From Zootoca vivipara (lineage: Eukaryota), in contig NC_083280.1 of NCBI RefSeq assembly GCF_963506605.1, positions 9,114,001 through 9,178,000 of the forward strand: DNA of 64,000 nucleotides, read 5' to 3'. Below are positions 1-13,757 of the stretch, one piece after another (within the stretch, counting starts at the first letter, position 1; the number at the start of each line of letters is the position of its first letter). The translations under genes and the position numbers were made by a program. The notes under the pieces are model-generated. The model saw nothing but the letters and a program-made list of their open reading frames with translations. It did not search any database and was not told the DNA's origin.

Positions 1-2199
1 GCTCACTCTTCAGTTTCCAACATCTCCTCTTCCCAGTCTTCTTCCTCTTCTCCCACTCATCGTTGTCCCACTACCACTTCCTGGGCCCTGAGCCTCCTTC
101 CCTTGAGAGTTCCCCAACTGGTTCCTCCCACCATTCCTCTGCATCCAACCAGTGATGCCTCCTGAGAAGATCCATATTACCAAAGTCCACCCCTGACTGA
201 TGGGCTAGGTTTTAGGCTGACCTGATCCAGCAGGCTCTTCTGACATCTCCATGTTGTGCATGGATCTGGTTTTCGCTCCCAACAAAGAAGCAAGAATCAG
301 AAAATTCTGTGCTCCTGTTTCTATTTTTGTCAGGCTCTGCCTGAGAAGAGGCACCCCCCTTTTCCCCGCACACTCATGCAGGAATGCCTCTCACCTGTGC
401 AATGCATAGGCATGCCACCCAAACACCAAGAACACTTCCTTATTGCCAGAGCTATTATTTTCGCTCGTGCATGCAGCTCTAAACGAAGAACTGGTTAATT
501 CAAACTAATGCAATTAATCTGCAGAGATTTTGAAAACGAAATGGGAAAGCCGGAAGCGGCCCTGCTGGAGACTTCCCATTGCCGTTTCGTCCTTTTAACA
601 GCCAGCAATTTATTCGAACTACTTTGCAAGCAGCTACTACGCGGCGATGTAAATCACGGCAAGGAGACCTATTTCACACTGTGCGCTGGCACAGCCGGCA
701 ACTCCCAGGCGAAAGCCAACTGCCAAAGTATATACCGGTTAAGATATCCCTCAGCTGGTGCTGGCGTGGGTGGCCCCACCGCCAAGGCAGGAATAATTTA
801 AAGATGCCAAACCAGCTGTGACTGGTGACTCTACCTGAGGTGGTGAGTTATGGTGCACAAACAGTTTATCCCCCATGCAGAGACTCAACTCTCTCTTTTT
901 GGTCTGGCTCACAAATGACTCTCAGCTCCCAGCTCCCACCATGATTTCTGGCCTCGGCTGGGTACCGTTAAGCAAGAATTGCAGACTGCAAGGGGCGATT
1001 ATTTGCAATCGGTTTGCTGCCCACTTTTTGGCATCCACACCAGAGTCTCCAAGCACTGCTGAGGCCTCGCTTCCCTGCAAATGGCTGGGAGCAGAATTAA
1101 AATGAAGGTGCCAAGAAAGGAAGACAGAACACGGGTCCATTCTACTCAGTATTGTCTGAACTGACTGGCAGCTGCTCTCTATGATTTTAGCAAGGCCGGA
1201 TCAAGACCCTTTAGAGGCCCTAAGCGCTGAGAAGATTATGGCGCCCCTTATGTGTAATTCAAAATAAAAGCAATACTACACTGTAGAAACCACAGCATGG
1301 ATTTATTGCAACACATGACAGGATCTGATTTCCTCACTTTATTTCAGTCTACGTTAGTAGGACACCCCCTGATATAAGTGGGGAGAAATTGTAAAAAGAG
1401 AAGAGAAAAATGGAGGAATTCTGTAGAGTGGAATGTAAGGAAGTCTAACAAAATTCTGAGTTTTCCCATGTTGACCACTTCAATGCTTTTCTTCTTTTTA
1501 TGTCAAACATTCTTTTTTTAAAAAAAATCTTTTTTGTGTGTGTACTCCTCCTTTGTTGGTGCTCTATGCACAATGTTCAGTCTGCCTATTGGAATCCAGC
1601 ACAGGATTTCAGAGTGGGTTCTCTCTTAGCCCTACTTGGTGCAAGGACAAGACAGCACCCAGCCCATTCCTTGGACAGGAGCTGTCTGGGTGATGTTAAC
1701 TTAGCCTCCACTACACCTGAGAGCAGCAGGTTAGCGGAAGGCAGTTGGCAAGGGACACACAGCTTGGGCCGCCCTGCCCGCCCCGCCCCCAGCACTTTGC
1801 CGCCAGTGATTGAAACTCCCATTGTTCTAGGAACATTTTGCAGCAGGGAATATCATTAGCACAAGCAGTTTCTGAGCTCTGGGCGCAGTATTTCAGATTA
1901 CAACTGCAGACTGAAAGGAAAGGAGGACCTTTTTTCCGCCTCCCCACTTCTGGCTACTCTCTGAAGACTGGAGAGGAGACCCTCTTAAGAATATTAGGGG
2001 GTGGGCAGGGGAAGGACTAGACCGTGTGAAAAAGGAACATAATATTTTAGCTGCAGTTCATTCGTTTTCAGCTTTGTATTGTTATGAAAAATGTACCCCA
2101 AAATGCGTTGCCTTTTAAGAAGGACAGACGCGGGTCGGAAGCTCCAAAATTTGCACTAAGTTCAGCTCCGCCGGGAAAATGACAGAGACCACACGATGC

Positions 2200-2783
2200 T
2201 GTCAGGAAAAACAAACTGATCCCTTTATTGCAGAATGCAAAGCTACAGCTGTAGGGTCCCTGCCTCTGGAAAGAAGGAAGGAACCCCGGAAAATGGTAAA
2301 GTCCCCTTATATACCCTCCTGTCCCTGCATGGAAATCTCTGGACTGGGAGGGAGGGGGAGACAAGGGCGACGGGTGGGGGATCGGATTAGCTGGGTGCGG
2401 AGATGACTTTCCTTTCAGATGGAGAGATGTCAATCGCTCTTCTCCTGTCGCTGATGGTGCTCCCTGTTGTTTGGCAGGAAGGGCAATCAGTCGAGATGGG
2501 TGCAGAGGTGGGGCAGTTCCTGGCAATTTCCGTGGGGTGGAAGTCCGCCCAGCAGGTGTTTTCCTCCAGGCCATGGAAGGGTGGGCTACGTAGAGGATGG
2601 CAATTTATTTGAATAAAGTTGTTCCAGCTAATCCCTCTATTGTCCGTGTGTCCTTGAATGGGTATAGGGTGGTGGTAGGGCAAGGTTCAGGTGGGTTGGG
2701 ATCATACAGGGTTCATACAGAAAATATACCTGGGAAACATACCTAATACAGGGATTTCTAATTAAAAGGTAGCAGTCCTGACA
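2200..2783 (-). mobile_element. Probable solo LTR
   Basis: Inverted termini TGTCAGGA...TCCTGACA; minus-strand TATA (ttatata ~2307) and AATAAA (tttatt ~2224). TSD is degenerate (gatgc/tatac). Confidence 0.6.
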
Positions 2784-4633
2784 TATACAGTTCTAAGATA
2801 TAAAACAGCAATTCCAATACAGAGAGATACTAGCAATTCTAATACAGAGGCAGCGGATAGAGATTTCATGGTAAGAGAACATATAATAGGCTGTATTATT
2901 AACTTGAGTAGAAAAGTGTCACTTTGGATTTGGGCGGTTTCCCCCCCTCCTTCTTCTGGAAACATTGTTTTGTTCTGGGCGGAGGGGAGGTGGAGAGGGG
3001 AAATGTGTGAGTTTATGCTAACTGTTGTGCATATGCAGATCCTTAAGCCTTCCTTCAGGCAGGGTCGCGTCCTAGCGGGAGGGGTGGGGAGACAGGGAAG
3101 ATGGCATTGAACAGGATTCTGGGTATTGCAGCTGTCAAATTCTGTCACCCCTCTCTGTTCATTAATAATGGTGTCCTGCAACCCCCCCCCATATGATTTT
3201 ATAACAGTATCCTTGTTATAAAAAAGCACACCTACGGTAGATATTCCGTAGTTGCACCCATAACCTATGTTTAAGGTGCCATTTAGCACCTAGCGTTCAT
3301 ATCTCAGTTTCTAACACTGCTTGCCGCCTCTCTCTCTCTCTCCCCCGGTATTTGCCATCTGAGGCTGCTGCATCCCTCTGCCCAGTGATCGGGCCGGCTG
3401 TGTCAAAGATCATTTGGTGTTTCGGACAAGCAGCCTCTGTTTGGGGTACATTTGCCCCATATACGGCGGAAGGAACCCCAGACCTTCTAATACTCTGGAG
3501 ACACAATTGTTCTTTTGCCCTTTTCCCTTGTCTCCACACCTTGACCAATGAGGGAATTCTGGAAAGTTCGCCCCAATCTTGTGATGTTTCGACTTTACTG
3601 AGCTGGGTTATTTTTCTTATGGGCCAATAGAGCAACATTTGCTTTTGTTGTCATGGGTTGGTTTTATCCTGTTGGCTTTGCTGTTATCTTTTCTTTCTTT
3701 CTTTCTCTCTCCCCTCCCTCCTTGATTCTATTGTGCATTTTAATCATCTGAAAGTCACCTTGGGAGCCTGTGTTACATGCCAGAAGGCAGGATATGCATT
3801 TTTTAAAATAAAATAAAATAAAATACACCCAGGTGTAGAAAATATGTGGTTGTGGCAGAGAAACACCTCCTGTGTACATAACTCCATGTTTTATGTTTTG
3901 TTTCCTGTATTGCCTTCCCAATATGTTTCTCATTTGTGGCGGCATTTTTCCCACTAAGCATGTTTGAGCTGCTACAAAGAGGAAATGCATAAAGGTCAAA
4001 GGAAACAAATTCACTTGAAAAATGGGAACAAATAACGCAGCCTTGAAAAGCTGGGAAAGGGCTGGGGAGTGGAAGCTTTTCTGAGGGTTTTCTGTTTATT
4101 TGTTTGCTTGTTTCCTCCCCCCTTTTTTTGCTTAGTTCCCTCCCCCCCAATTGCTTTTAAATTGAAGTTTATTTCGGATTTTAGAGGCCGCATTCACTCC
4201 CAGCTGAAATGCAAACGCAAATAGTTCTGCAGCTCGAGGCCCCTGGGCCAAACCCGGCTCTCTGCAGAGGGCCGCTCCCCGCTCCCTGCACTTGCCAATC
4301 TAGCAGCAAAGTGTTATGGAAAAGTAGTTGCTAGTGAGCCAGCATGGATGGATGGTAGGGGTCAAAGGGCTCCAGTCTTCACTCCCTCCCCAAAGGCATA
4401 ATTCTCACTAATATGCTACACCTGTGTCTGGACTGTACCACCTCAGACTATAGGTGGAGGCTAGCCCCAAATGCTCCTGAATTCTCTGCAGACAGAAGAC
4501 TAGCATGTCAAGTAGATGGATTCCAGCCTAGAAAGGCTCTAAGCAACCTAGTTTCCCCCTTGGCATGCCATTTTTCTATGTGTGTGTGTGGGGGGGCTTT
4601 TTCTTTCTGCATAAAGGCATCTGGCCAGAGCTA

Positions 4634-4798
4634 AACAGTGGAACAGATTCTCTCGATAGTTGGAGGGCTCTCCTTCCTTGGAGGTTTTAAAGCAGAGGTT
4701 GGACGGCCATCTGTCAGGGATGCTTTAGTTTTAGATTCCTGCATTTCAGGGGGTTGGACTAGAGGACCCTTGGGGGTCCCTTCCAACTCTATGATTCT
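4634..4798 (+). mobile_element. CR1 LINE 3' end
   Basis: ggaggttttaaagcagaggttgga...ggttggactagaggaccc...ccttccaactctatgattct. Confidence 0.85.
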
Positions 4799-5965
4799 GA
4801 TCCTTATACAGGTAACCAGTGTGTGGGTCTGCTCAATTTGCAGCCCAGATGCCAAATGTCGATGGGGAACTTCAAGCACACCCAACCCCTCCCTTCTTAG
4901 GGCTCTTTATCTTTAAACTGGCCTGGGACCAGACGACCCTTCAAACTGAGGACTCTTTCAAGATCAATAAGTGTCCTCTGACAGCCCTTCAAATAAAAAG
5001 ACTGTCCTGTGGTCAAAAGTGCTCTGACACACTGGATAAATGTACTGCTTTTATGGGTGCTTCTGTTTTCAAAGTACTGTGCACCACACAGATATTTTAT
5101 GAGAGGGTGGCATATAAATATTTTGATAAATAAGACAAATAAATTCTAGAACCACACGTTCCAAAACATCCCCAGCCCATCTTGGTAAAGTACGTAAAGG
5201 AGGATGCAACGGGCATGGGGGCGTGGGAGAAGAGTTCTGCTTTTAATAGCCATGTATCATGAGACTTCATCGGAAGACCGCCGCCTTAGCAGTGATGGTT
5301 GGGTTTTTGGCAGAGAGACCTCGATGGATTCAGAGCAGTCCTTACCACGTGCAAAAGTGCGACTCACACACAAAGAGCAGCATAACGGCCAAACAATGTC
5401 CATAGTGCCTCAGCAACCAGGCCACAGCTCTTGAAGAGTATGTCACATTGCAAAACAGGAATGTAGGGCTCAGGAGCCTGTTCTTCGTTCTATAACCAGA
5501 ACTATTTATGTTCACTCATAGAGAGGAATCTAATATTGCAGCTATCAATATTGTGCAGCAGGAATGAACAAGATGCATGGAAACGGACTCCTTTTGGAAT
5601 AAAACATGGTCTTCTAGACCCATTAGATATCATTCAAAACTTTACTTGCAGAACGTTCCTCAAAGCAGAACAAAAATATCAAAGGTATATCCAAATAATT
5701 CCATACAATATTTTGTGCTTGTCCAGCACAGGCTCAGCATCTTATAAGAAATAAAAGATAATTCCAAACAGACCTAGAAGCTCTCTCTCTCTCTCTCCCA
5801 GCCTCCAATTTGCCTGGAGCTCTATTCACACTCAGAGAGGCTCATTTACACATACTCACTCCCCCTAAACCTGGGGACAAAGACTCCAGCCACCACCCTT
5901 CCAAGATAGAGATTTGCAACCAATACCTTCATCACTTCATCACATGTTCAAAGGAAAACATTCAG

Positions 5966-6313
5966 TAGAATCATAGAATCATAGAGTTGGAAGAGACCAC
6001 AAGGGCCATCCAGTCCAACCCCCTGGAAACACCATCAAAGCACTCCTGACAGATGCCTGTCAAGCCTCTGCTTAAAGACCTCCAAAGAAGGAGACTCCAC
6101 CACACTCCTTGGCAGCAAACTCCACTATCGAACAGCTCTTACTGTCAGGAAGTTCTTCCTAATTTTTAGGTGGAATCTTCTTTCTTGTAGCTTGAATCCA
6201 TTGCTCCGTGTCTGCTACTCTGGAGCAGCAGAAAACAACCTTTCTCCCTCCTCTATATGGCATCCTTTAATATATTTGAACATGGCTATCATATCACCCC
6301 TTAACCTTCTCTT
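5966..6313 (-). mobile_element. CR1 LINE 3' end
   Basis: Reversed (ATTCTATG)n tail (agaatcatagaatcatag) followed by CR1 ORF2 C-terminal sequence. Confidence 0.88.
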
Positions 6314-6624
6314 ACGAGCAGAGAACATTCAAAGTTAGATATCAACCATGCTGCCATGGGAAAAACCTAATGTTAGCAAGACACATTTAACCATTCTCCC
6401 ATACCCTCCAACTTTTATTCCATGAAATGAGAGGTGTCCTAAGGAAAAGCAGGACATTCCAGAATCAAATGAGAAACTGGGATGGCTTCTGTAAATCTGG
6501 GACTATTCCTGGAAAATAGGGACACTCGGGTCTGTTTCTACAACATAGCTCAGGTCCTCTGCCAGCTGAGTTGTGCATAGCAAAAGTGTGGCCCTTTGAT
6601 GCAGCAAGTTCATAGGAAAACATT

Positions 6625-6786
6625 AGGTAAAGGTAAAGGGACCCCTGACCATTAGGTCCAGTCATGACCGACTCTGGGGTTGCGACGCTCATCTCGCGTT
6701 ATTGGCCGAGGGAGCCAGCGTACAGCTTCCAGGTCATGTGGCCAGCATGACAAAGCTGCTTTTGGCGAACCAGAGCAGCACATGGA
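6625..6786 (-). mobile_element. Sauria SINE, 3' fragment
   Basis: Reversed (ACCTTT)n tail aggtaaaggtaaagggacccctg plus body matching the other copies in this window. Confidence 0.85.
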
Positions 6787-9616
6787 GGGTCTAAGGTTAA
6801 CTAAGATGGATCACAACCACAGTGGTATCACCATACAAATACATGGTAGAAAAAATAGGGGTCGCCATATGCATGTTTGTGTTAAAGGTGGGCTGGGGTC
6901 TTGAAAGGTTGAGGACTGGTGGTCCACGTTGATGGGCAGGTGTCTCTCCAGGGTTTCAGGCAACACACATTCCCAGCCCTCCCTGGAGATGCCAGGGGTT
7001 GAATCTTGGACCTTCTGCATGCCAAGCAGGTGTTCTAGCATCTGTGGCCTTTCCCCATCTATGAGAGCATCCACTAAATGTTGGCTCCTTATTTTCTTGG
7101 ATTATTATTATTATTATTTGCAGGATGGGGGACTTCGCCATATTGACTTATCCAACACCACTTGATTTATCCGTCCTCCCAAATCTTCCTTTGTCCTGGC
7201 TCTGCTTCTCTCGCCCCCCGCCCCCCGTTGGTTCTGGTGGCCCTCGGGCGGCATATTCTTTTATTGACAAGAACAACTTCCATACAATAAAGTGATTTTG
7301 AGCTGGAGTCCTCCTGAGAAGGAGGTATTAAGCAATAAATACTTGGTTAACGTCCCTCTGCAGCTGTTCTGTGTTTCGGTGGATGTGAAGACAACTTTAG
7401 CTTAAGATTTAGTGATTGAACACTCTCCATTAACAACAGTAGACGACGACCATCGATCTTCAAACCATCGTGTTATGACAATTTTGCCATTTAATTGCTT
7501 CCATGGGAGGAGGGCGCGGAGTGCGGGGGAGGGGAGAAAAGTTCCTAACGAACCTTTGAGTAGATCTGGACAGCTATTATAGGAGTCTTAAGTCTATCAG
7601 ATAATCAAGGAGGGAAACGGCTCCATCCCAGTCAGATTTTCTTATAAAGCAGAATGCATGTACATTATCTGATGCTTTTGATATACTCAGTTGCTCTCTT
7701 TCATTTACTCCTGTCATTAGCAGGTCTGCCACCCTGTCTGAGACATAATATAAACTTGTCCACTTAGTGGTAATTATACAAAATGGGTCTATTAACCATT
7801 TCTGAATTCTGTGCAAACTTAAATGTAAGTGCCTCGCCTTCGGGTCCTCCTAGATCATAGATCATAGAGATATGCATAGAAGGGCTGAGTGGTTTGGGGC
7901 CACATCCGTACCACACATTCCAAAGCACCATCAGAACCACCGAACCATCATGGCTTCCCTCAAAGAACCCTGGGAAGTGTCGTTTGCAAATGGGGTTGGC
8001 CGCTTGTCAAGGACCTCTTGCACGAGGCATTTCAGGTCTTGATACCAAGGCCTGGCCTTACGCTCAGATCTCAGAGGCTCTTTCAGGCAAAGAAAGGCAT
8101 GAAGGTTGGCTCCCACCATGGCTTGCAGGGAGCATGCAGCCCCTGTTTGGGCCAAGCCTGGCTTAAATCCAAGGAGCCTGAATGTCTGCCTTTGCTTCTT
8201 CCTTTCTGCACTTCGACCTTCAGCTCCTCTGGATCGCTGTAGCAATTGCCCCATGGGCTCCTAAGATGGAGAAGACACCCTTCTCCTAGCCTAGATTTAG
8301 GAACGGCAGCAACCAGGAAGGTCAGAAAATTCTGCTTGGCTTTCTTCATTTCCTTCCCCCCCTTTTTTTTGTTAAAGGAAGGGGCTGAAAGCCTCAACTT
8401 TCCGAAATATCTCGGCCACCCAGAGCAAAAGAAAGAAAAACACTTTCAGCCATCCCAGGTGATGGGTGACGGCCACTTGCAGGCCTAGACAGAGCATGAC
8501 ATCATTTCAAGAGCTGTCTCCAAGAGCTGAAAAACCAGAGTCAGAAAGAGACCATGGCTCCGATAGCTACGGCGAAGTCTCCATCCACCCGCCGGGTACC
8601 CACTCCCCCACCCCACCCCCCATGCTTTCATTTCTGCTGAGAACCGCATGGCAAAACTTACTGATTTTTGTCGCTTTGTTTTATCTCAACAAAGCCAAGC
8701 TGCCTTTAGCTGGCGCGGTTTGTTCTTTATCAAGCCATTCTGTTTATTGTCACTGCTCCGCTTGTGTTGCCATGCCTGCTTTTTATGTCAAGATACCCTT
8801 GAGTGGTACGGGGATAACAAACAGCTGCTGGAATGACTACCAGACAAACCCTTTATTTCAGGCCGACGCAGCTGCAGAGCGCGATTGAGCAGCCTCCCCT
8901 TGACATCCTGATCAGAAGCCGCAGTCGGGAGGAAGACCAGGAAATCTGCTGGGCCCTCGTTCGGGACGTGGAAGCCAGACCCAAAATCTCCTAGAAGAGC
9001 CTGAGGAACTGAAGCTGCTGATTTTATTATTACTTAAGAGAGAAAGCAAACGCCTAAGGACTTTGCCAAAGGGATCAAAGGACAACGCTCTGAGACCTCC
9101 AGCAGATTACCTATTGATTGATCACTTGCCTCGATTCGCTTGCACAAAGCTTACACGGAGGTTAGATTAGGTCTGCAATTGTCCTGATTGGTTTGCAGTC
9201 AGGTTATATGGTGACGAGAGCTCGGCCTGCGTTCATTCTGATTCGATTGCGAGGTGTTTGCATGTCTTCCTACAAATAATTTGTTGATCTCATTCTTTTC
9301 GATGCATTGCCCAGCCAAAAGGTCATTTCTCTCTCCCCCCCCTTTTTTAAAAGTGCATTTGTTGTGGCAGGTTGGCAAAGCGCTTTAATCCATTTAACTG
9401 AGAAAACCAAAATTAAAGTAAAAGAGCCATCCCTCCGACATCACCAATGGCTGCATTGTAAGAAATTCCAAAGACAAATGCTTGAAGTTTCTCTATTCCA
9501 GCAACTCACCCCAAACTGAAATGAAAGCTTTATTTCCAGTTCATCTCAGATCCCTTTTAAGTCCCTAACTACAAAGCCAAATGTGCACAATATTGCACCC
9601 GGGTTTTGCTCTTGAC

Positions 9617-10352
9617 CAGTGCTTTCTTTTTCTTAAAAAAATGTTTAGGGGTACAGTGGTACCTCCGGTAACGGACCCAATTCATTCCGGAGGTCCGTTC
9701 TTAACCCAAAACCGTTCTTAACCTGAGGCGCGCTTTCGGGACTTGGCTGCTCACATTCCGGGGCAAAGTTCGCTACCAGGAGCACCTACATCCGGGTTAG
9801 CGGAGCTCATTACCCGAAGCGTTCGTAAGGAGGACGGTACGTAACCCGAGGTTCCACTGTACTCTCATTTTGACTCAAGAACACCACCATTTTATAGTTC
9901 ACAACAGGGAAAATACCACACATCCACATTCCACACTGCTTCACACATTAAATGCTTACTTCCGTCTGAGCAGGGCCATCTCTAGGCCCAGGCTGGGTGG
10001 CACAAGGCGCCAGGGCGCCTGGCCACCAGGGGCGCAGAAGGGGCGCCGATATGCTTCAGGACTGAGGAAGCTCAATGACCCTGCGCTACTGCCGCTGTTG
10101 GGGGGGGGGCACCAGAGGATTTTTGCACCACAGCGCTGGATACCCTTAAGACGTTACTGTGTCTGGAAACACCGTGACAGGAAATGAGGCCACCATTAGG
10201 GTAGCAACAGAAATGACGATTCACCGTGCTAGAGAAGAAACTAAAAAAAAAATTAAATGTTTAGTTTCTTCTCCCATTAGATTCACAAAATGTTTAGGGG
10301 TATGTGTATACCTGCAACCCCCCGTCGCCCCCGTCGCCGCAAAAAAGTACTG
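9617..10352. mobile_element. Non-autonomous hAT element hosting two nested MITEs
   Basis: Termini CAGTGCTTT...AAAGTACTG; 8-bp TSD ctcttgac/ctcttgaa. Confidence 0.7.
9654..9859. mobile_element. Tc1/mariner (Tigger-like) MITE
   Basis: TIRs CAGTGGTACCTC / GAGGTTCCACTG; TA on both sides. Confidence 0.85.
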
Positions 10353-10928
10353 CTCTTGAATCCTTCTTGAAAAAATACTGACCGTCTCGGGAATGCCCTG
10401 GATCTGTAGTCGGTGGCACAATATCAAATGTTCAAGACAGGTCTTCTTGTTCTCTGCAAACCATCCAAATTCTTGGAGACTGTCTGAGACATCTTGCTGC
10501 CTGAGGCAAAGGGAATTGTTTTAACGCTGGCAAAGGGAGAGTGTCCTCCAGCACACCCGGGGGCAGGCAGGCTACTGTTGTACATGCCACGTAGCACACA
10601 CATAGCTGTATTCTCCAAGAGAGGAATGACTGGGGACCCAAGTGAAACTGTCGGCGGGGTGGTCGCTGCTGCCCTCCAACATCTGCTGCCTAGAATGGCT
10701 GTCTCACCCTATTAGGCAATGGTGGTGGGACCAGCCCTGCAAATTCTGCAGGCAAGCAAATCAAAATCCATAAACTGCATGCAGCCTTCTAAAATGATGC
10801 AAGCTGAGAAAATGTTTGCCATTCTCTTAATATGCATTTAATAATAATAATAATTTGGCTAGCAATAGGAAGAGGGGAAAGGGTGCAGACACCCTGTCCT
10901 GTATCTCTGAAAATCATAGGGTCTAAGC

Positions 10929-11064
10929 CAGGCATCCCCAAACTTTGGCCCTCCAGATGTTTTGGACTACAATTCCCATCTTCCCTGACCACTGGTCCTG
11001 TTAGCTAGGAATCATGGGAGTTGTAGGCCAAAACATCTGGAGGGCCGCAGTTTGGGAATGCCTG
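10929..11064. mobile_element. Palindromic hAT MITE
   Basis: TIR CAGGCATCCCCAAACT / AGTTTGGGAATGCCTG; perfect 8-bp TSD GTCTAAGC. Confidence 0.9.
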
Positions 11065-11499
11065 GTCTAAGCGGGCATGGTGAAAATATACAGAAATGCT
11101 GCAATTTATGGGGTTTGTGGGGGGGGGGTTTGCCTCCCACCCCTTTCAAATTGGGGACTCTGTGGCTCTCAAGATGTTGATAGACTCCAACTCCCAATGG
11201 CCACAGACAGAACCATGTCTTGAACATGGGCAGTTACTCTTAAGAAGAAGGGCCCTGCAGGATCAGATTAAGCATGCATTCTGCTTCCCAGATGACAACT
11301 ACAGTTCCCAGAGTTCCCTGGGAACTGGGATGGATTGTTAAACCACTCTGAGAATTGTAGCTCTGGGAGGGGATGGGCGTGAGAACTCTCCGCACTTAAC
11401 AAACTACAGCTCCCAGTGGTATTGAAGCACTTTAAACATATGTCATGAATGTGGCCTCAGAGTCCTTGATCTCACCCCTTGAAGAAGGAGGATCAAATC

Positions 11500-11732
11500 C
11501 AGGGGTCAGCAAACTTTTTCAGCAGGGGGCCGGTCCACTGTCCCTCAGACCTTGTGGGGGGCCAGAAAAATAATGAATTCCTATGCCCCACAAATAACCC
11601 AGTGATGCATTTTAAATAAAAGCACACTTTCTACTCATGCAAAAACGCGCTGATTCCTGGACCGTCCATGGGCCGGATTTAGAAGGCGATTGGGCCGGAT
11701 CTGGCACCGGGGCCTTAGTTTGCCTACGCATG
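11500..11732. mobile_element. hAT (Charlie-like) MITE
   Basis: CAGGGGTCAGCAAACT...AGTTTGCCTACGCATG; TSD atcaaatc/atctaatc. A second, inverted copy lies at ~21890-22157. Confidence 0.8.
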
Positions 11733-12074
11733 ATCTAATCCCAGGGCCGTGACAACACTGCTGCTGTTGCATTCCAGCATTTTTTTGCACACGTGCCAGT
11801 TCAGCAACGAAAGTGGGGACAGAGCTGTATGCCTTGTGGCCTGCCTTGCACACTGAAAGCTAGATTATGGTCTGCAGCAGCAGCAGCAAAAGACCAAGTC
11901 CAGTCATCTTCTGCACGTGGAAAGGGAGACGGCGCCATCTTGTCCCGCATTTCAGGCAGCATAATGCCCTGAGCTGGCCCTGAAAGGCCTAGACATGTGG
12001 CCCATTTCTAAATTGAACTGTTTTGTTCTTGAGCTTTTGCTATCTTTTCTCTCAATCCCCAATTTTCACTTTTA

Positions 12075-12458
12075 CATACCCTCCAACATTTCTCGGACGA
12101 AAGGAGGGACTTTCTATTCCACAATTATCTTAACAATGTTTTTTATTATTTATACCCCGCCCATCTGATTGGGTTGCCCCAGCCACTTCGGGCAGCTTCC
12201 AACATATATAAAAACATAATTGAACGTTTTAAAATGACCCTATACTGGGCTGCCTACAGATGTCTTCTAAAGGTTGTCTAGTTAACTAGTTGTCTCCTTG
12301 GCTTGGGGGTTGCATAACTCCATACACACCAGCATTTCTCCAATGAAAATAGGGACGTCCTAAGGAAAACTGGGACATTCTGGAATCAAATGAGAAACAG
12401 GGATGGCTTCTGTAAATCCGGGACTGTGCCTGGAAAATAGGAATGCTTGGAGGGTCTG
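12075..12458. mobile_element. MITE (CATACCCTCCAA...TTGGAGGGTCTG family)
   Basis: Inverted termini; related fragment at ~6400-6533. Confidence 0.65.
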
Positions 12459-13330
12459 TTTTTATATTCCTTTACCTCTGAGTTTGCTGATAGCCATTCC
12501 TAATGGCCACAAGGCAGCCCCATGCCACTGATCAAAAACAAAGAGGGAAGGAGGACTCTTCAGGCGTTGTGTGCTCTCCTTCTCTTCCTAACGGGTGAAC
12601 AATTGTTAGCGACTGCATTTTACATTTTATCTAGTGTTCCCACTGAATCGCAGACATGCCCAGGTCCTTAGAAGCCCCCAGGAACAGATGCTCTGAAATC
12701 TTGACAAACTCCAGCCTTGCGTAAAAGGACTCCCGTCTCTCCATTTTGTTTCATTTTGCTGTTTACAGAAGGAAAAAGCTAGTGCCTTTCATTTCAAGGT
12801 GATTGGCCTTAAAATGTTATTCACAGGACCCGTGTCCTCCTGCTAAACCCACTCCAGTTTCACTTTGATTCCAGGCGCACTCGTCTTTATTGCTATCACA
12901 GCTGTTTGCCATAAAGCACTTGTTGCAATAATCTATTTATGTACAAGCCAATTCCCCCAAGGTCGCGTCACACTCTCCTGTGACCAAGAAACAACCCAGG
13001 CCTGGGAAGGCAGGGCTAGGGGATTCAGGCTGAATTTTTCTAGGGCTTCCATTCATTTCTAGCATTTACAGACCCTTGCCTGCTCACCAGGGGAGGCTGA
13101 ACTCCCACATTAAAGATATTGTTGAATTCTCCCCTTTATTTTCCTACATAAAGTGCAGCACTTGAGGACAATATTGCATTGTGTGCAAAACCAATCAGAA
13201 AGCAACTGCCTCTGCACCAAGAGGGAGCAAAGTGTTCCTGTGTGCAGAGATGCCCTTTCAGCGGCCCCTGCATCATGCAGGCAAGCCTATTCCTCCATCA
13301 TAATACAGGGTGATGTTCTTTAAAAGATTT

Positions 13331-13757
13331 GTTGTTGTTTAGTCGTTTAGTTGTGTCCGACTCTTTGTGACCCCATGGACCATAGCACGCCAGGCACTCC
13401 TGTCTTGCACTGCATCCCGCAGTTTGGTCAAACTCATGTTCGTAGCTTTGAGAACACTGTCCAACCATCTCATCCTGTGTCGTCCCCTTCTCCTTGTGCC
13501 CTCCATCTTTCCCAACATCAGGGTCTTTTCCAAGGATTCTTCTCTTCTCATGAGGTGGCCAAAGTATTGGAGCCTCAGCTTCACGATCTGTCCTTCCAGT
13601 GAGCACTCAGGGCTGATTTCCTTCAGAATGGATAGGTTTGATCTTCTTGCAGTCCATGGGACTCTCAAGAGTCTCCTCCAGCACCATAATTCAAAAGCAT
13701 CAATTCTTCGGCGATCAGCCTTCTTTACGGTCCAGCTCTCACTTCCATACATCACTA
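13331..13757 (-). mobile_element. Bov-B (RTE) LINE, 5'-truncated
   Basis: Encodes MYGSESWTVKKADRRRIDAFELWCWRRLL...HGVTKSRTQLND; (CAA)n tail; 11-bp TSD TTAAAAGATTT. Confidence 0.95.

Noticed and set aside
2762-3289. 175-aa minus-strand ORF
   Set aside because: Non-ATG start, overlaps repeat-derived sequence, no homology recognised.
8466-8888. ORF containing SDSYGEVS, faintly like the NCBP2 N-terminus
   Set aside because: Only a few residues match, the surrounding sequence does not, and no further NCBP2 exons were found.
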